Assembly: GCA_964458115.1 (NCBI GenBank) | Contig: CAYWIC010000002.1 | Span: 5,936-69,935, forward strand | Origin: an uncultured Anaerolineales bacterium | Lineage (GTDB): Bacteria; Chloroflexota; Anaerolineae; Anaerolineales; UBA11858 | Reading direction: 5' to 3' | DNA length: 64,000 nt | Notes under the pieces: generated by a model | Told to the model about the DNA's origin: nothing | Database searches by the model: none | The model's input: only the letters and a program-made list of their open reading frames with translations | Shown here: piece after piece, positions 45,601 through 55,315 of the stretch | Numbering within the stretch: the stretch's first letter is position 1 | Layout of the letters: each line of letters begins with the position of its first letter | Program-made: the position numbers and the translations under genes

Positions 45601-46188
45601 ATGTCCCGCATCAAAACAATCTCACCCGAAAATGCTTCTGGTGTGCGCCGATTTATGGTACGTATACTCAAGCGGCAATATGGTGGATTTCTCCCAGGGA
45701 TTATGAGGGTTGCATTAGTCGATATGAAAGTCGGCCGCCTAACGGGAAACATCTACCAGCATTTACATTTACGAAAGAACTCTCCGCTGACGCGCCTGCA
45801 GCGTGAGATGATCGCCACTGTTGTCAACGGGGTGATCGGCGGCGCGCCCTGACTGGGTTTGCATACGGCGGCAGTTCGCCGCCTCACTGGAGACGAACAC
45901 CTTTCTCACGAGTTTGCTACAACCTGGCCAACATACGATTTAAATCCCCAGACCAAAGCCATGTTAGCGTACGCCAAGAAACTGACCGAGATGCCAGCCT
46001 TTATCGACGACGCAGATATCGAAGATCTACGCACAACTGGATGGGATGAGGATGCCATCTATGAAGCCACCGCCCTGGTATCATTTTTCAACTATTCTGG
46101 TCGTATGGAAGCCGCCTCTGGCCTCCCGATGGATGAAGTTCCCGCGGATGCCAAGTTTGCTGAAGCAACCCCTGATAATCGCAATTAA
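45601..46188 (+). CDS. AhpD/peroxidase-related protein with in-frame TGA (probable selenocysteine, U84)
   Basis: ORFs 45577-45852 and 45859-46188 are in the same frame. The TGA at 45850-52 sits in REMIATVVNGVIGGAP-U-LGLH, aligning with family EmIAvvVS..NgCxYCxxxH. GGAGGT RBS precedes 45601. Confidence 0.8.
45853..45890 (+). promoter_or_regulatory. Putative bacterial SECIS element
   Basis: GGCGGC-AGTTC-GCCGCC stem-loop. The loop begins 20 nt after TGA and has G in its second position. Confidence 0.6.
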
Positions 46189-46216
46189 GATTGATTCTTA
46201 ACCCGTAAGGGGATTT

Positions 46217-46270
46217 GTGAAAAAATAGGCGTGTGCGGCGCTTTGCGCCAGCAAGCACCTATTTTTTCAC
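46217..46270. repeat. Long intergenic palindrome (family A, copy 7)
   Basis: GTGAAAAAATAGG...GGCGC-TTT-GCGCC...CCTATTTTTTCAC between convergent genes; may also terminate transcription. Confidence 0.88.
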
Positions 46271-46279
46271 CTTTTGGGG

Positions 46280-47230
46280 TCACCCATTTTTGACACTTTC
46301 ATACGCCTCTCTAATCACCTCTGCGCTGGCGTGCAGGGCTGCTTCTTCCGACTTGTTCAAAGACAGGGGGAGTAAGATCGTATCCAAGATACCTTGCCCG
46401 CCCACCAGGTGCGGCAGCGACAGGGTCACATTAGCAACGCCGGCCACATCAGGAACTGGTGTACAGACCGTCAGCAGGGCGCGCTGGTCTTTGAGAATGA
46501 CTTCAACGATCCTGGTGAGAGCGCTGCCGATGCCGTACGAGGTGCTGCCTTTGCCTTCGATGATGTGGTAAGCCGCGCTGCGTACTCGCTGCTCGATATC
46601 GGCGCGCACGGCTTCATCAGTGCAAATATCCCATTGGCGGCAGAACTCCTCCAGGGGCACTCCTCCCACCGTCACCAGAGACCAGGGAAAGACCTCTGAG
46701 TCACCATGTTCCCCCAACACATAGCCATGCACGTGGGGTGGGTCGACTCCCAAGTGACCCCCCAGTAAAGCGCGAAAACGGGCAGTGTCCAGCGTTGTCC
46801 CCGAGCCGATCACCCGCGAGCGGTGGATCCCATACTTATCAGCGATGTCAGCGGTGAGGTGCGTCATCACATCAACCGGGTTGGTCGCGACCAGGATGAT
46901 CGCATCCCGGGCGAATTCCAACACCTGGGGAACGATCTGGTTGAAGATCGCGGCATTGCGAGAGAGCAATTCCAACCTGGTTTCCCCTGGATTCTGCGCC
47001 ACCCCGGCGGTTATCACCACCACTTTGCTGCCTGCCAAATCCGAATAGTCCCCTGTGGACACGCGCACCGGATGGGCAAAAGGCACTGCGTGAAGAATAT
47101 CATCGGCCTCGGCCAGTGCGCGTTGCTGGTTGAGATCGACCAAAACGATTTCACGTACCACTCCACGCATGACCATAGCATACGCGGCTGTAGCGCCGAC
47201 AGCGCCTGCTCCGATAATCCCTACTTTCAT
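46280..47230 (-). CDS. ldh: L-lactate dehydrogenase
   Basis: [52 protein letters not shown]. Confidence 0.94.
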   Translation of the reverse strand: MKVGIIGAGAVGATAAYAMVMRGVVREIVLVDLNQQRALAEADDILHAVPFAHPVRVSTGDYSDLAGSKVVVITAGVAQNPGETRLELLSRNAAIFNQIVPQVLEFARDAIILVATNPVDVMTHLTADIADKYGIHRSRVIGSGTTLDTARFRALLGGHLGVDPPHVHGYVLGEHGDSEVFPWSLVTVGGVPLEEFCRQWDICTDEAVRADIEQRVRSAAYHIIEGKGSTSYGIGSALTRIVEVILKDQRALLTVCTPVPDVAGVANVTLSLPHLVGGQGILDTILLPLSLNKSEEAALHASAEVIREAYESVKNG

Positions 47231-47275
47231 AGCTGTTTTCTCCTGTTGTAGTTTCCCAAGATTATATCCTCAAGG

Positions 47276-48477
47276 CTATGTCGATTCAGCCCAACGCACG
47301 ACGATTAGGGACAGCCCAGACAGAACTGTAATCCCTAGGATTAATGGCAGAATCGTGCCATCGTAGCTTCGCCCGATAATCGTGCCAAGCGGCATCTGTA
47401 TCAGGGTCGAAAGCGAACCAACCACGGCAGAACCAATTCCTGCAAGGTGGCCCAAGGGCTCCATGGCCAGTGAATTCTGGTTGCCAAAAAGAACTCCGAC
47501 ACAAAAGAAGGTCAACATCAGGTAACTCATTGGGAACCATAAGGGAGGTTGGATGATCCAAAATGTCATCAGCCCTAAGGCAGTCAGCGATAAACCAAAA
47601 ATAAGGGTCAGGGACCAATTCACCAGGAAACGCATCCCAAAGCGTATCACCAGGCGTGAGTTCGAGAAAGACGCCAGCCCGAGTGAGAATGCAATGATCG
47701 CAAAGATGAGGGGGAAGCGATCTCCCAGGGCATACTGTTCCTGAAAAATTTGTTGAGCAGAATTGAGGTAGCCAAGAAACGCGCCGCCAATCAGACCAGC
47801 CGACACGGTATAGCCTATTGCGGTTCGTATGTTCAAGATTTCAAGGGTTGCTTTGACAATGCGCTGCAGTGAGAAGGGTGCGCGGTGCTCTTGGGCCAGA
47901 GTTTCTGGCATACGTAGTGCGAACCAGGCCAGTGTGATCAGCGCGATCAGCACAAAGCTAACGAAGATCCCTCGCCATCCCGAAAACACCATGACCGCCT
48001 GCCCCAATGATGGTGCCAACATCGGGACAAGGATGAAGACAGTCATGACGAAGGACATTACCCGGGCCATTGCTCGACCTTCATACCGATCCCGTACCAG
48101 AGCCAATATCACTGAGCGAGGTGCTGAAACCCCTACTCCCTGCAAAAGCCTCCCTGCGAGCATCATTGGAAAATTGGATGCAAATATTGATAAGCAGGCG
48201 CCAGCTATATATATGGCATACCCAGCGATACCGCAGGTTTGCGCCCTGTTTTATCTGAAAGCGGCCCAAAGAATACCTGACCAATGGCTAATCCCAAGAA
48301 AATTGTCGAAACGATTAGTTGCCGGTCATTGGTATTCTGAATGCCCAGATCGCTACCAATTTGAGCCAGAGCTGGCAGCATGGCATCGATGGATAAGGCG
48401 GTGAGCGACATCATCAACGAAATGATGATGACAAATTCAGTGAAGGAAGTTTTTGATTGATGAATTTTTAGTTTCAT
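47276..48477 (-). pseudogene. Bcr/CflA multidrug-efflux MFS transporter, frameshifted
   Basis: The N-terminal part (SIDAMLPAL...GPLSDKTGRKP) and the rest (AGRLLQGVG...) are joined by a 1-nt deletion at about 48227. Confidence 0.85.
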
Positions 48478-48492
48478 GGTGCTTCGAGGGCC

Positions 48493-48849
48493 TTATTGGG
48501 CGTTGCTTTCTTCATGCAAAAGGTCTATGGTCTCCACAGCGTGACGCAAGTGGGGGATAACGATGCTGCCCCCGACTAATAAGGCGACATTGAGCGCGTC
48601 GTACAACTCTTCATCACTCCAACCAATTTCAATGCATTGATCGAGATGATAGTCGATGCAGTCGTTGCAGCGCAAAACAGCGGAGGCCACCAGTCCGAGC
48701 AGCTCCTTGGTTTTTGCATCCAAGGCGCTGTCGCGGTATGCGGCTGTATCCAGGTTGAAGAAGCGCTTGATGCCCAGGTGATCGATCTCGGAAATGCGCT
48801 CGTTCATTTTCTGGCGGTAAGCTCGGAATTCATCCAGTCGGTTTGTCAT
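48493..48849 (-). CDS. Carboxymuconolactone decarboxylase / AhpD family protein (Cys form)
   Basis: LDAKTKELLGLVASAVLRCNDCIDYH. Confidence 0.88.
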   Translation of the reverse strand: MTNRLDEFRAYRQKMNERISEIDHLGIKRFFNLDTAAYRDSALDAKTKELLGLVASAVLRCNDCIDYHLDQCIEIGWSDEELYDALNVALLVGGSIVIPHLRHAVETIDLLHEESNAQ

Positions 48850-48875
48850 TATTTGCTCCTGATAATCAATTTATA

Positions 48876-48937
48876 ACCGGAGATGAACAGAGATGAACGG
48901 GATAAGAATCTTTCTTTCGTTCATCCCATTCATCTCT
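48876..48937. repeat. AGATGAAC tandem/inverted repeat hairpin
   Basis: GGAGATGAACAGAGATGAACGGGAT...CGTTCATCCCATTCATCTC. Confidence 0.6.
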
Positions 48938-48948
48938 AGTATTTAAAT

Positions 48949-50187
48949 CTATTTTGTTGCAGAACGGCCAGCCAGCCAGCCGGTTGAGAAGGCGGCTTGC
49001 AGGTTATAACCACCCGTGTCGGCATCGACATCCAGAACTTCGCCCGCGAAATAGAGCCCCTCGACCAGACGTGAACTCATTGTTTTGGGATCAACCTCAC
49101 GCAAGTCAACGCCCCCGGCCGTGACGATGGCCTGGTTGAATTTGCGGTGATCTTTGATATCCAAACGGAAATCTTTGAGCCATTTTCGGAGGCGTTTTCG
49201 TTCGGCCGCGCTGATCTGATGGCCAGCTTTTTCGGCGGAGATGTCTGTCTGTTGGATGCACACCGGGATGAGGGTTTTTGGCAACAGCTCTTTGAGGATG
49301 GTCTTGTACCGCTTGTTGCTGAAGGTTTTGAGATCGCGTAGCAAGCGGGCATCGAGTTTGCCCTCGTCCAGGGCTGGTTTGAGGTCGATGGATAGGGCGA
49401 CTTTCTTTTTGGCTCGCAACGAGTCAACTACCCCGCGACTGAGTGTCAGGATGATGGGGCCTGAGACTCCAAAGTGGGTGAAGAGCATTTCGCCGAAAGC
49501 GGTGGCGGTTTTCTTGCCGTCCGTCCAGACTATGACCCGGACATTTCGCAGGCTGAGACCCTGGAGTTGCTTGGCGATATTCCCAGCCGTAACTAAGGGA
49601 ACTAATGCAGGTCGAATAGGTACAATCGCATGCCCTGCATGTTGTGCGAAGGTATAGCCATCCCCTGTGGAGCCTGTGCCTGGATAAGAAGCACCGCCAG
49701 TGGCGATGATGACAGAGTCCGCATCGAGTTGAGTATGTTCTGTTCTGACTCCAACCACGCGCTCCTCATTGATCACGATCTCTTGCGCGGGTGATTGGGT
49801 CCAAATTTTGACTCCCTCGCGCGTGGCCCAATTGACCAGAGCATTGACTACGTCCGAGGAGAGTCCACTGGCGGGGAAGACACGCCCGCCGCGTTCCGTT
49901 ATCGTATTGACGCCTAAATCGTGGATAAAGGCCAGTAAATCATCAGAGAAGTAGCGATGGAAAGCCTGCCGCAAAAAGCGCCCGTTGCGACCAAAATGCT
50001 CGATGAACTCGTTGATGGGGGCAACATTGGTGATATTGCAGCGGCCTTTGCCGCTAATGAAGAGCTTACGGCCGGGTGAATCCATTTTTTCGAGCAGAGT
50101 GACCCTGGCCCCAAACATGGCAGCCTGACCGGCGGCCATCAGACCTGCTGGCCCGCCGCCGATTACGATGATCTGGCGATGTGACAT
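48949..50187 (-). CDS. HI0933/YhiN/BaiN family NAD(P)/FAD-dependent oxidoreductase
   Basis: GGGPAG, ISGKGRCNITN, GRVFP, ATGGASYP..GSTGDGY, GGYNLQAA. Confidence 0.93.
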   Translation of the reverse strand: MSHRQIIVIGGGPAGLMAAGQAAMFGARVTLLEKMDSPGRKLFISGKGRCNITNVAPINEFIEHFGRNGRFLRQAFHRYFSDDLLAFIHDLGVNTITERGGRVFPASGLSSDVVNALVNWATREGVKIWTQSPAQEIVINEERVVGVRTEHTQLDADSVIIATGGASYPGTGSTGDGYTFAQHAGHAIVPIRPALVPLVTAGNIAKQLQGLSLRNVRVIVWTDGKKTATAFGEMLFTHFGVSGPIILTLSRGVVDSLRAKKKVALSIDLKPALDEGKLDARLLRDLKTFSNKRYKTILKELLPKTLIPVCIQQTDISAEKAGHQISAAERKRLRKWLKDFRLDIKDHRKFNQAIVTAGGVDLREVDPKTMSSRLVEGLYFAGEVLDVDADTGGYNLQAAFSTGWLAGRSATK

Positions 50188-50225
50188 GGGCGTTATTCTA
50201 TCCTGAAATGCAAACAGGAGACTTA

Positions 50226-50924
50226 TCAGTTTTCAATCTTCGTGACCCCGTATTTGCTGAGCAGATCATCCAGGGCTTCACGCAGCAGCACGGCTTCACC
50301 GACACCTTGCTCTTCGGCCAATTGAGAAAGCCTTTCGAGTTGAGTCATGGTGAAATGGGCCGTTTTGGGAACCATGCGCTCTTCGTAAGCCAGCTTAATC
50401 CTGTTACGGCCCGTTTTCTTGGCCTTATAGAGCGCCTGGTCGGCTTTGCGTAAGATTTCATTGGCTGTGTTGCCGTCCACTGGGTACGAGGCGATGCCAC
50501 AACTGATGGTGAGCTGGGTTTCGAAGCTGGTATCGTCATTTTGATAGTTTGCGATCGCTTCGATCTCGGCGCGCAGACGCTCCATCAGCAGCAAGGCGCC
50601 CTCACGCTCAAGGTTGGGGAAGTAAATGACGAATTCATCTCCCCCATATCTCCCGGCAACGGGCTCGGATGGAGCGGCAGTTGCCTCTGCTCCAGTGACC
50701 TGGCGGATTTTCTCGGCAACGGTTTCCAAGACCAGGTCCCCGCCACTGTGACCGAAAGTCTCATTGACTGCCAGGAAATGGTCGATGTCCAGGAATGCCA
50801 ACGAAAAAGCATCGTTGCTCTTTATGGATTCCGCTAGAGCTGATTCAAAAAATTCATCGAATGCAGTCCTGCGTAGAAAATGGGTGAGCGGGTCAAGGGT
50901 ATCTGCCATCTCAAATGCCTCCAT
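50226..50924 (-). CDS. GGDEF domain protein with C-terminal ribbon-helix-helix (CopG-like) domain
   Basis: DIDHF, GRYGGDEF, ADQALYKAKKTGRN; tail PKTAHFTMTQLERLSQLAEEQGVGEAVLLREALDDLL. Confidence 0.85.
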   Translation of the reverse strand: MEAFEMADTLDPLTHFLRRTAFDEFFESALAESIKSNDAFSLAFLDIDHFLAVNETFGHSGGDLVLETVAEKIRQVTGAEATAAPSEPVAGRYGGDEFVIYFPNLEREGALLLMERLRAEIEAIANYQNDDTSFETQLTISCGIASYPVDGNTANEILRKADQALYKAKKTGRNRIKLAYEERMVPKTAHFTMTQLERLSQLAEEQGVGEAVLLREALDDLLSKYGVTKIEN

Positions 50925-51003
50925 TATGTGTATGATTATATAATATATTAAAATATTATATGATCATATTACCGTTAAAGATGATGTCTGTCAAGTGGTG
51001 TGA

Positions 51004-51056
51004 CCAGATTTTGGCGTACATGGGGTGATCCGTATTCTATGCACGCCAAATTCTGG
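51004..51056. repeat. Long intergenic palindrome (family A, copy 8, degenerate centre)
   Basis: CCAGATTTTGGCGT...ACGCCAAATTCTGG plus the conserved tail GGGATCACCCCGGCAATTCTTAGAG. Lies between divergent genes. Confidence 0.85.
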
Positions 51057-51232
51057 GGGATCACCCCGGCAATTCTTAGAGCAACCGCAATATTCAATAT
51101 AGGTAAATGCATTGCGCGATATACTTGAAGATCGGAGCATCATTGTTGATGTTACGGCATTCATTCGATATTGAAGCTTTCTGCGGATACGGTAGTGAAA
51201 GTTGCTATTCGCTGAAATGAAAGGGAACCAAA

Positions 51233-52027
51233 ATGAAAAGCGTTGTAATCACAGGCAGCACTCGGGGAATTGGATTTGGGCTTGCAGAATCATTCTTGGA
51301 AAGGGGCTGCGCAGTTGTCGTCAGTGGTCGGACTGAGGCATCCGTTCAGAAAGCAGTGAAGACGTTGGGGGACAGGCACCCCCCAGAACGGATTCTGGGC
51401 ATCCCCTGTGATGTGCAGGATAACCATCAACTGCAGAATCTCTGGGATCAAGCTAGCGCTAATTTTGACCAAGTCGATATCTGGGTCAATAATGCCGGGA
51501 TCAGCGGCCCGCAAGGGGCAGTCTGGGAACTCTCCAATGAAGATATCCAGGAAGTGATTTCAGCGAATATTCTGGGGACGATCTTTGGGAGCAATGTTGC
51601 AATTAGGGGGATGCAGAAGCAGAGATCGGGCGCGCTCTACAATATGGAAGGCTATGGCAGCGATGGCACTGTGCGTCCAGGTATGGCAGCAGTCTATGGT
51701 ACGACCAAAGCTGGAGTGCATTTCTTCACCAAATCATTAGCTAGAGACCTCAAAGATAGCCATTTGATCATCGGCTCTCTCCGCCCTGGCATGGTGATCA
51801 CCGAATTTGTGATGCAGCATTTCGAGGGTGATCCTGAAAGATTAGAGCGCGTCCGAGGGGTGTTCAATATCATCGCAGATCGACCCGAAAATGTGACCCC
51901 CTGGCTGGCGCGTAAGATTTTGGCAAATCGAAAATCTGGTGCGGTTATATCGTATCCCTCTCCCTGGAGATATTTGGGGAGACTGTTGAGTTCCCCATTC
52001 ACGAAACGAGATGTGTTTGATTCGTAA
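51233..52027 (+). CDS. SDR family oxidoreductase
   Basis: TGSTRGIG, WVNNAG, YGTTK, PGMVIT. Confidence 0.9.
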   Translation: MKSVVITGSTRGIGFGLAESFLERGCAVVVSGRTEASVQKAVKTLGDRHPPERILGIPCDVQDNHQLQNLWDQASANFDQVDIWVNNAGISGPQGAVWELSNEDIQEVISANILGTIFGSNVAIRGMQKQRSGALYNMEGYGSDGTVRPGMAAVYGTTKAGVHFFTKSLARDLKDSHLIIGSLRPGMVITEFVMQHFEGDPERLERVRGVFNIIADRPENVTPWLARKILANRKSGAVISYPSPWRYLGRLLSSPFTKRDVFDS

Positions 52028-52029
52028 AG

Positions 52030-52380
52030 CTATTCTTTTGCCTGAATGAGTTCGATTAGCTGTCCATCTGGCGCGCGCAGGTAGGCCGAGCGCCCCCAGT
52101 AATACTCTTGGGGTTCCACTTCGATAACAATGTCTTGCTGCCTCAGTTTTCGGCACTCGTCATCGATATCCTCTACTGTAAATGCAATGTGATTCTCTGG
52201 GGAGAGTTCTCCTGCTCCAGGAGTGTAAGTCTTGTGGATGAATATCTTGGTCCCGCCGGACATGAAAATGGCCATCCCTTCAGATTCGGCAACAGGATCC
52301 CCACCCAGGAGCGTGCGGTAAAACGCCGTCATCGCCTCGATATCCTCCACGAAAAACGCCAGTTCGGTTACCTTTTTCAT
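52030..52380 (-). CDS. VOC/glyoxalase family protein
   Basis: LAFFVEDI...FY, HIAFTVEDID, WGRSAYLRAPDGQLIEL. Confidence 0.88.
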   Translation of the reverse strand: MKKVTELAFFVEDIEAMTAFYRTLLGGDPVAESEGMAIFMSGGTKIFIHKTYTPGAGELSPENHIAFTVEDIDDECRKLRQQDIVIEVEPQEYYWGRSAYLRAPDGQLIELIQAKE

Positions 52381-52736
52381 TTTGATTCTTTTCCAATCAT
52401 CCCCAAGTGCGTGTGCTGGAATGAATCTGGGAATTTCAGGCCATAGCCAAATACTCGATCGAGGCTGGAGTGACCCAGCATGATCAGGCCAATGAGTTGG
52501 ACCACCTGGATCCCCAGGATTGCGCCGCCCATGAAAACAGCAACGGCAATGGCTTTGTGATGAGCGATATTATAGGCCATGGCTCCAGTCTGTGAGTTGT
52601 GCAGGTAGCCTAACATGCTGAGATCGGGTGCTAACAATAGCACAAGGAACCACCACCAGGCGTAGTCAAGGGTGGAGAACAGGTAAATCGAAAGGAAGAA
52701 GAGGAGCAATTCTTCTAGTTTAATCAGATTCTTCAT
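52377..52736 (-). CDS. DUF4260 family membrane protein
   Basis: LLAPDLSMLGY, YNIAH, HSSLDRVFGYGLK...THLG. Confidence 0.85.
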   Translation of the reverse strand: MKNLIKLEELLLFFLSIYLFSTLDYAWWWFLVLLLAPDLSMLGYLHNSQTGAMAYNIAHHKAIAVAVFMGGAILGIQVVQLIGLIMLGHSSLDRVFGYGLKFPDSFQHTHLGMIGKESK

Positions 52737-53190
52737 GGGATGCTTTCCGGGCTCTGATGATCAATATTGTTGAAATTATGAAAGATATAGGCAGGGTGAT
52801 CAGTGTGGCAACCATATATGCCGGCAGGACAATGAAGCCGATTATATTTCCTTCGAGTTCGCTGAACATGAATGTCGAGGTGGCAAATAGAAAAGGAAGG
52901 TAGGGCAGGTGGGCGATTGAATCCAACCAGCGGTACTTCGGGTAGGGGACTTTTACTACTATTCTTACGATTAGATACTGTAGCGCAATCAGAACAGCGG
53001 CAATGAATAAACCCGCCAGTATCCAAATGGGTATGGACCAACCCGGCAAACGGCTGACATTCGTTGACGTCTCCTGGGCAAGATTGGTCCATACCAACAC
53101 AAAATTGATCGCGATCACAAAGGGATTTGTGATTGATACGAACACGATATGCAAAAATGTTTTGAGCCAGTTGGGGATGAAACTTATCAC
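52720..53190 (-). CDS. Hypothetical integral membrane protein
   Basis: About 4 hydrophobic segments; co-oriented with and overlapping the neighbouring gene. Confidence 0.6.
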   Translation of the reverse strand: MISFIPNWLKTFLHIVFVSITNPFVIAINFVLVWTNLAQETSTNVSRLPGWSIPIWILAGLFIAAVLIALQYLIVRIVVKVPYPKYRWLDSIAHLPYLPFLFATSTFMFSELEGNIIGFIVLPAYMVATLITLPISFIISTILIIRARKASHEESD

Positions 53191-53265
53191 TTTAACCTGC
53201 AGGGGGCCAATTTGAAAAATGTCATTTTATATCCTTATCACATGATTCCATTGGTAAAAAGATGC

Positions 53266-54183
53266 TCAACTCATCAAGTCCACGTAATTCACTCTGGTAA
53301 GTTCTACGCTCAGGTCCCATAACCTTTTTGCATCGGCTTCGTCATAAGCGGAGTCGCTGGCTTGTGTTTCCACGGGATACCCTTTTTGGTCATGTTCTGG
53401 GCCATAATAGCCTCCATTTTTCGCCCCTGTATCTACTGCGGCATAGAGCTGGGATAATGCCCCCATGGCTGCACTTTGGAAGAACATATTGCCCATTTTC
53501 CCAAAAAGAAATCCCATAAATCCACCAAAATTGTTTTGTGCCCAATTGGTTGCCGCTGTACCCGGATGCACAGCAATCGATCTGGTCTTTGTCCCTTTGG
53601 CATCCAACCTGCGACCTAACTCAAATGCGAACAGCAAGTTGGCGAACTTACTCTGACGATATGCCGTCCAGCGGTCATATGACTTCTCGCTCATTAGGTC
53701 ATCCCAGCCCATTTTTCCATCGACGTGCATCTGACTACTGACGGTCACGACGCGACTGGAGGGTGTATTCAGCAACGTTTTTAGCAACAGGCCTGTTAGC
53801 GCGAAATGACCTAGGTGATTGATGCCAAAGTGAGATTCAAATCCATCCTCAGTCAAGTTCCGCGTGGCGCCCATTACGCCGCCGTTATTGATCAACACAT
53901 CCAGCCGGTCGACCTTATTGGTGAATGTGTTGGCGAAAGCCGGAATGGAATCTAGACTCGCCAGGTCGAGTGCTATCAAATCTAAATCAGCAGTAGGAAC
54001 AAGGTTTTTGATTGCTTCCAAAGAGTTTTGGCCTCGTTCAAGGTTCCGACAGGCCATTACCACTTTGGCACCTTTTTCTGCCAGCATCAAGGAGCTTTCA
54101 TATCCTAATCCACTGTTCGCACCGGTAACAATAAAAACCTTTCCATCGAGCTTGGTAATATTATCCTTATTCCATTCTGTCAT
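53266..54183 (-). CDS. SDR oxidoreductase (retinol dehydrogenase/WWOX-like)
   Basis: TGANSGLG, INNGG, NHLGHF, YRQSK, HPG. AAGGAG RBS before ATG 54183. Confidence 0.92.
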   Translation of the reverse strand: MTEWNKDNITKLDGKVFIVTGANSGLGYESSLMLAEKGAKVVMACRNLERGQNSLEAIKNLVPTADLDLIALDLASLDSIPAFANTFTNKVDRLDVLINNGGVMGATRNLTEDGFESHFGINHLGHFALTGLLLKTLLNTPSSRVVTVSSQMHVDGKMGWDDLMSEKSYDRWTAYRQSKFANLLFAFELGRRLDAKGTKTRSIAVHPGTAATNWAQNNFGGFMGFLFGKMGNMFFQSAAMGALSQLYAAVDTGAKNGGYYGPEHDQKGYPVETQASDSAYDEADAKRLWDLSVELTRVNYVDLMS

Positions 54184-54229
54184 TTCGGTATCTCCTTTGG
54201 GTTGGACCTTGATCTTAGAATCGGCTTCC

Positions 54230-55258
54230 CTAGATATCGCCATCCGGCCTGAGCAATATCTTGCCGCCTGACATTTGCTCTTGATATTCTTTGATGGCTT
54301 TCTGAACGTCATGTAATGGATATTGGCTGCGAACTTCACTTGTGAGATCCGTTGTCAATAGCCTTTGCGCTCGCCGCCACAGTTTTAAACTATTCAAAAT
54401 ATTCACTTTTCTCATCCAATTCGTTAGCCAGAATCCTTCGACTGATTTATCTTGAAAGATTAGTTGCCCAGGATCAGCCAGCACTGGCTCGTAGGATAAG
54501 GCACCATAGACGATGACCTTGCTACTGCGGGGCATAGCTCCTAACATTTGCATCGTCATGCTTCCAGCAACCGCATCAAAACCTAATAGCGTTTCGTGTC
54601 GCAGGCAGACATCTGTTAAGGATTGGTCAAAATTGGGATCACTGCTGTTTAAGACTATCTCTGCCCCTTGATTTTTGAGCAATTCCACCTGTGATTCCCG
54701 TCGAACGATATTGATAACCTGAATCCCTTCGGTTTGGCACAATCGAGTTACCATTTGTCCCAGCGCGCTAGCAGCTGCGCTTTGTACAATTGATTTGTGT
54801 CTTCCATCTTTCGCGATTACTAGAAATGCCATTGCGGTCAGAGGATTGACCACAGACATAGCCCCTTGTTCGAGGGTCACCTCTTCAATAAGAGGATAAG
54901 CAGAACTTGTCCTAATGACGGCGTATTCTGTCCATATGCCACCACCCTGCCCTACTACAGCCACGCGCTTGCCGTTTAGGTATTTTCCCATCATTCCGCT
55001 CCCGGCAGCTACAACCGTTCCAGATCCCTCAATTCCGGGAACTACAGGCGTTGATGGCTTGAAGCCGTAGAATCCAGCCAAAAATGCGAGATCGGATGGA
55101 TTGATAGGAGACGCAGAGATCTTTACCAGAACTTCGTCAGGTCCCGGTTGAGGAATTGGCCGCTGTTCCACCCTTAGCGCCTCAACTCCATTATAGTTTT
55201 CCAGTACAACCGCAGTCATTTGATCCGGTATCATCTCATTTCCCATAGTTTTCTCCAT
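54230..55258 (-). CDS. MDR superfamily (zinc-binding dehydrogenase / quinone or enoyl reductase-like)
   Basis: SPINPSD, PGIEGSG, VNPLTA, AAASALG, GKILL. Confidence 0.9.
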   Translation of the reverse strand: MEKTMGNEMIPDQMTAVVLENYNGVEALRVEQRPIPQPGPDEVLVKISASPINPSDLAFLAGFYGFKPSTPVVPGIEGSGTVVAAGSGMMGKYLNGKRVAVVGQGGGIWTEYAVIRTSSAYPLIEEVTLEQGAMSVVNPLTAMAFLVIAKDGRHKSIVQSAAASALGQMVTRLCQTEGIQVINIVRRESQVELLKNQGAEIVLNSSDPNFDQSLTDVCLRHETLLGFDAVAGSMTMQMLGAMPRSSKVIVYGALSYEPVLADPGQLIFQDKSVEGFWLTNWMRKVNILNSLKLWRRAQRLLTTDLTSEVRSQYPLHDVQKAIKEYQEQMSGGKILLRPDGDI

Positions 55259-55315
55259 TTTTTAAATGATGTTAGATTTGAAGCACAACTTGTGAAAAGT
55301 TTGTAATGCTTACGC

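Noticed and set aside
48205-48230. Programmed frameshift or stop read-through in the MFS gene
   Set aside because: No slippery sequence; the halves are in different frames, and a simple 1-nt deletion explains it.
37061-54183. Phototrophy signature (crt genes; chlorophyll-reductase-like SDRs)
   Set aside because: No bch/puf/csm genes are present; these SDR subfamilies are widespread in non-phototrophs.
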